DNA of 64,000 bases, from assembly GCA_002633005.1 (NCBI GenBank), contig NMRA01000187.1, forward strand, positions 154,191-218,190, in the 5' to 3' direction. The notes beneath the pieces were generated by a model. It ran no database searches and was not told the DNA's origin. It saw only the letters and a program-made list of their open reading frames with translations. Below, piece after piece: positions 51,001 through 60,632 of the stretch; the stretch's first letter is position 1, and the number at the start of each line of letters is the position of its first letter. Source of the stretch: Phoronis australis (Eukaryota; Animalia; Phoronida). The position numbers and the translations under genes are program-made.

Positions 51001-54000
51001 CCGGGTTTGGTATCCTTTTAATGTATAATCCGACAGCAGATGTCTCTGACGGTACTTCATCGAATAAAGAACGTTTCTCACCCGGATATAACGCTCTGCT
51101 AATCATGCCGGGAAGAACCATCAGAAAAATGGGCAGCAGTTTCAAGTAGCCAGCCATGATAGCTGCTCCCTTGGCGTGGTTCAAGTTTTTAGCAGCAAGG
51201 GCTCTCTGAACGATTACCTGGAATATACAAACACCTTTCTCACAATATGTGAAGCTTAAACAAAAAACAGTACATTGCTGCGTAAAACCATAGACTATAG
51301 TGCGTGGACCGCCAACTCCGTATATTTTCAATGGACGAAATTTGTGATCTTATGCGTTAATCACTACGCACACCGGGCCGACATAGCACGCTTTACTTCC
51401 GACAAGTACGTCGTCTGCTAATCATGCTCATTTGGATCGTCGTTTTTGCCACTCACGCCGATGTTTAAATAAATTGAACGCTCGTAAAACGTTAACTTCT
51501 TAGGTAAAGCTCACATTAATACTCCAGAATTAGCCCGCCCACCAGGTCTATTCAAAAACCAACCTCATTTTATAGTCGAATGCACGCCGGTGCCGCTCAA
51601 AATTTCTCTACTGTTGGAAGACCTTGAATAGTGTTTCAGTGCCGAAATTTTTTTTTTTCGTTGTACTATACAGTAAAATATATGGAAGAAAATCTCGTCT
51701 CAATACACTAACCGGAACCTGAGTTTGCTATGCATACAGAGGATGGCGCCTCCTCTAGTATATATTTCGCACGAAAATGTCGCAGTTGCGAATCTGTTGT
51801 CTATAATTTATGGTAAAACATATTCAAGCAATGTATAAACTCATTGTTAGCTGGCGGCTTGGCCGTGTAGGCTAGTGGGTTACAAGCTTTCAACGAAATC
51901 ACAAGTAGGTAGTCACGTGTTGACAAGCGCTTCCTTATGCATAGTCAATTAAAGATTGGTTCTTGGGCAGGAGCAGACCATCAGTCGAACCATCACTCAT
52001 CTCTGTATTAACCAAAAAATCGCTTATCAGCAGTGATGCTTTAGTTCGAAAAAACGTATTGTCCTATGGAACACTCCGGTTGTTGCTACGCATAACGTGA
52101 CAAAGTTAGTATAGAACTGTGGCTAGTGTTACCTACTTGATCAGCACACCAATACCACAGGCACCCTATGGATGACTGTAAGATGAGGCCCGGCCACGGG
52201 AGGTCGCCACTGGTCGCGTCTCTGAACAAATGAAAAGCATCGTCTCGTGGAATGCCACACGTAGTGTTGTTAGCACGAAGAGCCGGTACTGCTTCTTGGT
52301 AAGATACTTGCAACGCCTCATAGCCACCGATTTTGACAAATCCTTCAAAGAATACCAAGCCACTGTAATTTTTGTTGCTCTTTTGTCGGCAGACACTGAT
52401 GAGGCGCGATTCATAAAAATCAAGATGTCTTCAACTGCAAGAGCTGTGGGTATTGCAATCAAATGTTCTGGGAGTCTGTTCGGATAATGGTCCCCAATGA
52501 ACCCCGTACATACACTGTAAATGTTCCGCATCAGTCCAACCCCGGACATAAATGGTCCGTATCCAACCCCGGACATAAATGGTCCGCATCCAATCCCGGA
52601 CATAAATGATCCGACCACAAGCAGCCCGCGATCATCAACACCTAGCTATGTTGTTTTCTTGTGTAGCAATTTTGGTGAAGAATGAATATGAATTACGATG
52701 CCGAAAATTGTTCCAACTATGTGTGTATTCAAACCAGTGCAGTCGTCAATGATCGACACGAGAATGAACGCCATTGTCAAGAACGTTTCGTGTTACACAC
52801 AAATCAACTTGATCAGGAGCCAAAGCGTCTGCCCTCAGACACTCGCTGGTTCCCTGCGTGTCCGCTAGGGGGCAGAGAACACACAGTAGCACGCGTTTTA
52901 TCAATGGTTGATGTAACCTCTGCAGTCATTGGTTGGCGTTACAACAAAGACAGACAATGTCGGACTATGGACGAAATTTAGCCTACCTTAATCGTCATGC
53001 AAGTGGATTAACAGCAACTTTGCAGTTCTGCAGCAATGTTGAATAGCCGCGCGCTTGAAGCACATACAATGCACGCACAGCTGACAAACTGAACCGGTGC
53101 GTAATTCATACTGTGTGAATACAGGACAGCAACGTGAACAAAATTCAGTGACAGTAGAAAAATGCACACCGAAAAGGCAAACCCATATGGAACGCCCCTT
53201 GTGTCACCTTTTGGCGGGTCTTTTCTGACACGTTACGAGTCATCGAAGCGCGAGAGATGTAATTACCAAATGTGTCAAGTTACCGCCCCATTACTGCGCG
53301 ACCAATAAGACGTTGTCGTTTGGTCAGCGATGACGAATGCTTCGATGTCAGTCAGTTTACGCCCCAACTGACCCGACGTCTGACTAGCCTAAAAGGTCAT
53401 CAGCCATCCCACTTTGCATTTGACGAATAAGGGACAAGTTAACATTCACACTCGTATTCATTAAATGAATCATAATACACATCTGTGGAGTGTACCACCC
53501 TGCAAAAGTACAATGGGGTTTCTGCGCTAGAATAGCATGTTCAGTCATAAATGTTATAAACAAAAGACTGTTTATCCAAATAAACGAGGGCAATGCTCCT
53601 TGTAGGTTTTATTTGCTTGATCAGTGAAGATGTACATGTACCAGTAGGTAATATAGTCTTGCTCAGTGGAGACAGGCTATTGTGTAGGTTGTGTTTTAAT
53701 GCGAGGCAGTGCTGTCCTTTTTTATAGTTTTTCTTTGTCAAATGCTCAGTGAAGAGAGGGTATGCCACAAGTTATTTTTGTGAGAAAGTGGTGGCCTGTT
53801 GTTGTTTGTTTTTAAAGAACTAAAAAGTAAAACGCATCAGTGACGCGTCAGCGTTTTAGAAATGACTCGTCACGTGTCAGAAAATACCCGTCACAAGGTG
53901 ACGCTAGTGGCGTTCCATACACCCACAACTTTCCCATTCACATTTTCTGAAACCAAACCAATTAAGCACCGATTTGTCTGTACAACAGACCACAAACTAT

Positions 54001-57000
54001 ATCCACATATACATTCCTTCATCAGTCATGTCAGTTTGTTTACGTAAAACGCTACTTGCGTGTCCTCTACACCCTAGCGGCACCTTCAGATTCAGGTGTA
54101 CTTACCAATAACGGTTAAGGCAAACGCGCCAGCCGTCATGACAAACGTCTGAAACGTATCCGTGTATATAACGGCCGCCAAACCACCTGGAATTATTTCA
54201 AATGATTACGAGCGAACTAAAACTTGTAGCTTGGTTTTATATTGACCACGCAGGAAGTGTTTACATATCATTCGAGTGTCCATATTAAAGCAAGAAGCCG
54301 TTGCAATTGACGAAGAATCTTGGTTGAGAGTTGAATAAAGACAGGTAAGAGTAGCCCTGATTTAATTGTCTGTAGCTTGAGCCGACGCGTTGGTAACAAA
54401 CCCTCTTGCATAGAGAAATACCTTCTCATATCTCAATCACTTGTCAATTACGTATAATTACACTATACATACATACATACATACATACATACATACATAC
54501 ATACATACATACATACATACATACATACATACATACATACATACATACATACATACATACATACATAAATACATACATACATACATACATACATACATAC
54601 ATACAGTAGTATTACGTCAAAGATGCCTTCGTTTTCCCGCCAACTTAGTCCACCTGTAGCTTCTTGGCAATTACTCGTCTCCCCCTCCCTCTCCCCATAT
54701 TTACTACTGTTACTATTGTTCTTTTATGTGTAAAGAGTACTCTCCAGGGCTATACTGGGGCGTACGCGCACGTACGTGCAGCCAACCACCTTTTGGCATT
54801 TGAACGTAGCGCCTATGCACTGTAAGTAACCTTCAATGCTCAAAGTGATATGGTGGGCTTTGGGCGGCTACTTACCTCTAATTTTACCACTACAGCACTG
54901 GTACTCTTGTGAAACAACGAAAACATAAGGGCTTCACTCATGTTGCTTGGTATTTCAATACGCTCAAGTCAAGTAGTCTTAGTGCTCTGCATGACAGTTT
55001 GACGTCACCTCACGTGCAGGAAACCGTATTCACTTCTTTCCTGCTAATTCCACGTCAACACTCCTCTATGGCCGAACACCTCAGACTCGTGATAGGAACT
55101 CGTGCATTCTAGGAGCAGGGCCTAATATCCAAACTCGTACGCAGTTGAAACATAAGCAATCACGTGCTATGATTTGAGTACACGTGTTAGATTACCTCAA
55201 GCGTGCCATGGCATAGGTCGTATGTCTAGACGGATTTATAGCTCAGAGACCCCGGTCCTTAAACATAAGCCAGTACCCTGCGTCATATCATGCTTCGTCC
55301 AGTTCGAAGGGGCTCAAATAGCCATGCGCATGCCCATAACACCGTAATGCTTGACAGCCTTAAAACTTTCAATATATAAATTCTCCCTACATAAAATCTT
55401 TTCCAACCGGGTGACCAAGAGCAATATCTGCATATACATGTACACTGTACACTGGAAATTTGTATGCCAACATGTCCTCTTTGGACCACCGTACTAGTAG
55501 CAACAGACAAGTTGGGGGCATATTGTGACTATATGCAGCAATACTCTCACACAGTAAGTCTCCTTTTCACTTCATGCAACGAAACCAATCAAAAAATTGG
55601 AGAGAGACTGAGTTCCTGCACTGGTCTGTTAGCCTGCTGTATTGGGCAGCAGTTTGTGACAAGCCAGCAGACCCTTAAACTAATGGCTATTTAAAAAATC
55701 AACTATGAACTGTATCCACCTGTATAGAACAATAAATTAAACAAATTAATAGTCACCTAAAATTGTGTATATGCCGGTCACGACCAACAGTATAGCTATC
55801 GACAGGTACATGTCCCAACCTAAGGCCAGCTGGATAAACAGTCCACCTGCGTAAATGCACACCTGTGAAAAAATTGGATACGGTAGTCATGACGTCACTG
55901 ATGGAGGATGGACCTAAGACATGCAACACTTCCAATAATTGAGCTTTAAGTTATACACGTGATGGCGTCACGAGATTTTCCTTATAGTTGTCCAGAGATC
56001 TGAGTGCAAGGGAACACTTAGTTCAGGGTGAAACCGAGTTCGGGGTGACACAAAGTTCAGGTGACATGACTGCGTTACATGAGGGCACTGAGTTCTATTG
56101 CACCGGCAATGCGAGATACAGAACTACGTGATACCTTGACAAAAGAACTAACGATGTAATATACAGATTAACCCACGGAGGTGTTCTGTTGTTTTCAATG
56201 GGGCACTTACTGCAATTTTGGTGACGATATACAGCAGGACTGCCAAGCAACTGAGGTACAGCCTGAGACGCTGTCCACCAAACCTTTTCTGTAGATATTC
56301 AGGTAGCGTGTAAACCCCGGAGGCCAGGTAGACAGGTAGAAAGACCCAAGACAGGATGATGACCAAGGGCATCGACTGCGGATAGGCGGAAAAGGAACTA
56401 GCATATAAACAATTAATGTCGCTTTCGAAATCTGTTATAGAAATGATATAATACGCTAGAAAAATTTTTTTTTTCAATTTACGACCGCAAACAGTATCTG
56501 AGTATGAGTCCATGTGCACCGCAGTGCTGGCAGTCATCAATGGATTCAAAAGACGTTTTTACATCTATGGAGTGTCAAACAGCGCATGCGTGCTGTTAAG
56601 AGCAAGTACCAATGCACTCACCATCCATTCATACATCACAATGGCAACGCCAGATGCCGCTCCTGTTCCAGCCAATCCAATGAAATGCTCGCTTCCTATG
56701 TTACTTCCAAATAAAGAAGCTCCTACCTAAAAACAAACTCGAAAATGGAAGTTGGTGTTTTCAGCAGACTGACTAACTTCAGTAAAATTGATATACAAGG
56801 TTATGACTATAATATTAAATGTTGCACCAAGTAACTTTAAATAAAAACCGGTATACTTTTTGATAGAACAACCGTTTGGTAAAATTGAGTGAGAGACTAA
56901 GTGATATGAAATATATACTAACCACAGACAATAAGACTTACTGGCCACCACAACATACTCCTTCCCGCCAAAAAGTAACCTTTAACACTTCCCCTGTTCG

Positions 57001-57013
57001 GCCTGAAGAGCGA
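38969..57013 (-). CDS. SLC5A: SLC5 (SGLT/SMIT-type) sodium/sugar cotransporter, 14 coding exons, 5'-incomplete
   Basis: complement join 56942-57013, 56622-56726, 56211-56375, 55757-55862, 54106-54186, 52137-52342, 51082-51217, 49396-49503, 49061-49211, 48565-48733, 41823-42038, 41213-41357, 39521-39608, 38969-39068 = 1848 nt, open frame, GT-AG introns. Family motifs [80 protein letters not shown]. First exon (TM0) not located in the window. Confidence 0.95.
39235..39386. repeat. 55-bp tandem repeat, about 2.8 copies
   Basis: GTCCAATCAACGGTGTCTGAGGATATCTAAACAGGATTTTGTTGTACACCTTTAA. Confidence 0.92.
39521..39608 (-). CDS. SLC5 exon (88 nt)
   Basis: [29 protein letters not shown]; contains the loop-13 W..CG motif; phase 1 in, phase 2 out. 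Confidence 0.82.
39892..40050 (+). pseudogene. RecQ-type helicase N-terminal fragment (likely AcademH-type transposon relic)
   Basis: ...[24 protein letters not shown] matches the RecQ motif-0 to Walker-A lead-in (LKPxQ...GxD+++LPTG) and is truncated just before the Walker A core. Confidence 0.55.
41213..41357 (-). CDS. SLC5 exon (145 nt, acidic cytoplasmic loop)
   Basis: [25 protein letters not shown]...DTDDT; tag acceptor, G/gtacat donor; phases consistent. Confidence 0.82.
41823..42038 (-). CDS. SLC5 exon (216 nt)
   Basis: [46 protein letters not shown]...[13 protein letters not shown]. Confidence 0.93.
42151..42274. mobile_element. Small MITE (CATGGGC...GCCCATG)
   Basis: Terminal inverted repeats plus an internal copy of the end; flanks ACATG/ACACG (5-bp TSD, one mismatch). 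Confidence 0.6.
43135..43575 (+). mobile_element. 5'-truncated Penelope-like retroelement fragment (GIY-YIG endonuclease, pseudogenised)
   Basis: [16 protein letters not shown][frameshift][51 protein letters not shown]...SAIFIH...GHDF...[29 protein letters not shown]; in-frame TAG at 43484. Confidence 0.9.
43676..44048. repeat. 44-bp tandem repeat, at least 8.5 copies, running into a gap
   Basis: Unit CATTGTGGTTACACAGCTGTC(T/A)CTGGTATATGAGTACACTGTCA. Confidence 0.97.
44049..44678. other. Assembly gap (N run)
   Basis: Run of N. Confidence 0.99.
44679..45432 (-). mobile_element. LTR (solo, or end of an element hidden in the gap) with heat-shock-element cluster
   Basis: TGTCA...TGACA termini; on the minus strand the order is HSE cluster (45310-45110), TATAAA (45096-45091), AATAAA (44785-44780). 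The left end abuts the N gap, so no TSD can be checked. Confidence 0.65.
46795..48453. mobile_element. Non-autonomous Kolobok-type DNA transposon (internal deletion derivative)
   Basis: TTAA on both flanks (46791-46794, 48454-48457); 15-bp TIR AGGAGAATGCCA(T/C)CC; THAP remnant on minus and YQFEP-motif remnant on plus. Confidence 0.8.
48062..48294 (-). pseudogene. THAP zinc-finger remnant (transposase N-terminus)
   Basis: CIVPACPN...GISFSRIP...LRKWLAVV...LRVCGR; restoring one C after CGG gives HFVDSDF and completes the C2CH THAP signature. Confidence 0.85.
48565..48733 (-). CDS. SLC5 exon (169 nt)
   Basis: [56 protein letters not shown]. Confidence 0.95.
49061..49211 (-). CDS. SLC5 exon (151 nt)
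   Basis: [51 protein letters not shown]. Confidence 0.95.
49396..49503 (-). CDS. SLC5 exon (108 nt)
   Basis: [36 protein letters not shown]. Confidence 0.95.
51082..51217 (-). CDS. SLC5 exon (136 nt)
   Basis: [45 protein letters not shown]. Confidence 0.95.
52137..52342 (-). CDS. SLC5 exon (206 nt)
   Basis: [10 protein letters not shown]...[24 protein letters not shown]...LWYWCADQ; acceptor is the weaker gaag. Confidence 0.92.
52535..52612. repeat. 27-bp tandem repeat, 3 copies
   Basis: TCCAACCCCGGACATAAATGGTCCG(T/C)A. Confidence 0.88.
52842..53168 (-). mobile_element. Truncated inverted copy of the 10020-10474 MITE family
   Basis: Same terminus CTCGCTGGTTCCCTGCGTGTC; interior is the reverse complement of about 10150-10405. 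Confidence 0.72.
54106..54186 (-). CDS. SLC5 exon (81 nt)
   Basis: [27 protein letters not shown]. Confidence 0.95.
54464..54605. repeat. (TACA)n microsatellite
   Basis: Direct reading. Confidence 0.98.
55757..55862 (-). CDS. SLC5 exon (106 nt)
   Basis: [35 protein letters not shown]. Confidence 0.94.
56211..56375 (-). CDS. SLC5 exon (165 nt)
   Basis: [55 protein letters not shown]. Confidence 0.95.
56622..56726 (-). CDS. SLC5 exon (105 nt)
   Basis: [35 protein letters not shown]; tag acceptor, gtgagt donor. Confidence 0.95.
56942..57013 (-). CDS. SLC5 exon (72 nt)
   Basis: [24 protein letters not shown]; cag acceptor, gtaagt donor. Confidence 0.93.
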
Positions 57014-58608
57014 CTGTAACAAAAAACAAAAATGAATGAAACCTGCTGCAAGTCTTATAAAAGAGTTGAAGTAGTGTCCCGTAGACGAACACAATGTCTT
57101 ACACAGAGTTAGCGAAGCAAATAACGTACATGAAATATGAAAGTGACTGAACGAGAGGCTGCCCGTGTCTTGTAATTTAAAAATGCAAACATTTCCTCCA
57201 TAAATGTGTTGCAGTGTCAACCTATTTTTGTTTTAGGATCTCGGAATCCTCACCCTTAGACTGAAATCAATTCAAGGAAACAATTGAGATAGTTTTTGTT
57301 AACTTGCAAAACTGTCATATCACTAAGCAATTCAGTGCACAAACAAGGTAAAACTGTGAATGAATATTTTGACCCATTCTAACCCTGATGAACAACACAT
57401 GCGCTTGAAATGATGAACCGTTTTGACATGCTTAGTACTTTTGTAAGTTAGATATACGAGTTATGGAGAACGAACAAAGAAATGTGCTTTCGAGATAATA
57501 TAGAGCACTACGGGTAATTTCGTAGCCTCAACTCATATATCAACGTGCTACTATGTGCGCATGCGTAAACTTGAATTGAAACAGTAAAAGATTTGAACAA
57601 GAGAAAGGTGGAACCATGACTCCAGTCCCTGGGTGTACTATAATATAAACTGTTGTTTAGACCTGTCGTCAGAGGGGGTTCGGCGCATTCGACGGCATTC
57701 GATCCCTCAGAGTCTCGTGACGTGCTATATGTGACATGTGTGGCGTAGCACGTACCGGTACCTTACGGAAACTGGAGGCTAGACTTCATGTTGCTAAAAG
57801 TGTCAGTGAAATATTACTCGTCGAAAATACAATCCTATTGGAGCCAAAATATGACGAAGTCAGTTCTTGCCGGACTGTAAGCCTCACAACGATCAACGAC
57901 AACAGACTCGTCCGGCAACGTGCATCATCATTGTAGAAACGTGAAAACTCTTGTGTCCAGGTCTAACCTACGAACCAGAACTCGGTATCACTTGACTCAG
58001 AATTCGGGCTAGAAAGTTGACCGAATCTGTAATTATCGGGATCAAAGCATGTCACTCAATTGATCAACTTTCTCTAATACAGTTTGAGTGTAGAAAAGAG
58101 ACCTCAAGTCATGATGTTATATGTATATTAAAACGCGATGACGAGGCCTGGATTTTGGCTTCGAGTCAGTCGGACACTGAACAGCTCAAAAGAGGCCGCG
58201 CGGACCGGCACCCGACGGTCTCCACCCGGCCGACGCCTCCTGCCATTTCATTCCCGTGACGTAAAAGCGCGGCTACAGAACTTTGGCGTGCTTTTTTCGT
58301 TGTCTTACCGAGTTGAGGATTCAGTCCGATCAAAATTTATCCGATGAACGACCTTCTTTCTATAAGCCAAATACAATTCGGGGGTTTTCACCCACCGTCT
58401 CTTACTAGTTTGGGTCTCAATATTAATATATGCAGCCTCATTTGAGTTGTTTTTGGACTCGAAGCCAACACCCAGGTCTCGTTATAGCTTATCAATACAT
58501 GTACATGTATATAGATTCGGCGGGGAGAGAAAACGAAGAAACAAAGAAAACGTTGAATAATTTTTCGAAATTCAAGTCAAGCGAATGCGCAACCTCGTCA
58601 TTTTACCA

Positions 58609-59991
58609 TAATAGGAGAGTTCACTTGTGAGTTCGCTCTTACTAGCGCCGCCAAGTGGTGAACAAGCAACGGACAAGTAGGAAGCGCGAGAACAATGGGG
58701 AAGGGCGCAGTTTGTAGAACTATAAATTGCAACAATTCAATTTCAATGAAAACCCCAGACGTGTCATTTTTACGTTTCCTGAGGATCCAGAAATGTAAGT
58801 ATTATTTGTTATTTAATAATATGATAGGACTACATTGTCATTCATTTTATGTGTTTTGTTAACGGTTGGAAGACATCTCAATCTCAGTCCTAGTGGCACT
58901 GTTGTCCGCAGTGTAGGATACTGCACAGGCTACGCTCTGCCTTCTGCGAATACTTTGTTTTCAATGTACGTCTACTAACATTATATGTGACAGTGTATCA
59001 GAATGGAATACACTAATGTGGTAATGATGGATTGTCTTGCTTCCTTCTTCTGCACAAAACAATTGCCTGCACTGAGGCTGGTGGCAGCCTGCTGTATTCA
59101 ATAGGTAACACATTCAAAATTGTTGGGTGGACAGGCATGAGACGAGCAGTGACCTGGGAGCACTTTGTAATGAAAAGTTGAAAAACACTCAGGATGGAAC
59201 TTGGGCATGATGGCCACCAGTCATTACAGGCAAAAGTCCTTAAGATCATGCACAAATCGAGCGCCAAATCGTATCACCACCTCAGCATTTTTTGTAAATG
59301 GTGAGGGGAACAACTGAAATTTGTGACGATAGGAGGACTCGACATTCATGTGGCATACATCAGTGGTTTTTACCCCTTTAGCACTCGACCTATATACCCT
59401 CCTGGGAGGGGGTCATTACCCATTTGGCACTCACCTGGTTTGGACTCCTCCCTAGTACCCCTTTGCTGGCACCTGTGGGCAACTCCCCTCGGATTCCCCA
59501 GGAACAATCACTAAAATTGTGTAGTGAATGAAATGTGAGGAATGGCAGTAATGTGACTCGGGTGTGGGGGGGGGAGCTGAACTCGATTTATTGCATGTTA
59601 TCGAATTTCATGTATATAATTATTTTGATTCATTTTGACAACATGGAGTGTTATAAGGAACGATAATTTGCCTTAATAAGAACTCAAACAAGAAACAAAA
59701 CCATGATGGCTTTTGAAGTGAGCTTCAAGAGAATGAAGGCGAGTACACATTAATGTTGTTTAAAACACACATTTCCATTCTCAATTATAAGCAGATTTTA
59801 GTTTATTATTTTACCCATTTTCAATCACACAGTGCTTTTATTCCACGTCGAACGTCATTAAAATATGAATTTATCAGTGTTTACATGGTTCGGACAGCTC
59901 CACTAAAGTGGTGTCGCCTCTTGGGGCGCTAGTTTTTCGACCAATAACCTTTGCGGCGAATGGCAAGATGGCGGAGTGAACTCTCCTATTA
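58609..59991 (+). mobile_element. TIR DNA transposon relic with THAP first exon (P-element/THAP9-like)
   Basis: Perfect 17-bp inverted repeat TAATAGGAGAGTTCACT (58609-58625 and 59975-59991). 58695-58794 reads MGKGAVCRTINCNN...DVSF[frameshift]TFPEDPE followed by a gtaagt donor. Confidence 0.72.
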
Positions 59992-60259
59992 GGAGACCTA
60001 TTCTTCGCACGCTACTTGATTTATGTGCACCCGTTCGTCGCCGCACTTGCGAGTACTCCGTGTGATGCGCAAAAACAGTTTTGGACCTTGTGGAAAGTCA
60101 AAAAAAAAACAAGTCGTCAATGATTTGCCATTAACAGTGGTATGGAAGTTTTAAAATGCCATTATGTCTCATATTAGATTCTATTTATCGTATGATACCC
60201 TCCAAAATACGGAGGATCAGTCAGTGTTGAATTGCATTCCTACTGTTGATACTGTAGCT

Positions 60260-60632
60260 GAATATATAGATAAGTGTATGAATATGAACTGTAGATAATA
60301 AGTGTATGAATGCATAGATGAGTGTAGGAATACATAGATAAGTGTATAAATACATAGATAAGTGTATGGATACATAGATAAGTGTATAAATACATAGATA
60401 AGTGTATAAATACATAGATAAGTGTATAAATACATAGATACGTGTATGAATACATAGATAAGTGTATGAATACATAGATGAGTGTATGAATACATAGATA
60501 AGTGTATAAATACATAGATAAGTGTATGAATACATAGATGAGTGTATGAATATGTAGATAATAAGTGTATGAATGCATAGATTTGTGTATGAATATATAT
60601 ATGAGTATGAATATATAGATTAGTGCATAAAT
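60260..60632. repeat. 20-bp minisatellite, about 17 copies
   Basis: TACATAGATAAGTGTAT(G/A)AA. Confidence 0.96.

Noticed and set aside
52391-52430. AGACA-CTGATGA...TGTCT hammerhead-like flanks
   Set aside because: No GAAA core and no stem II or III.
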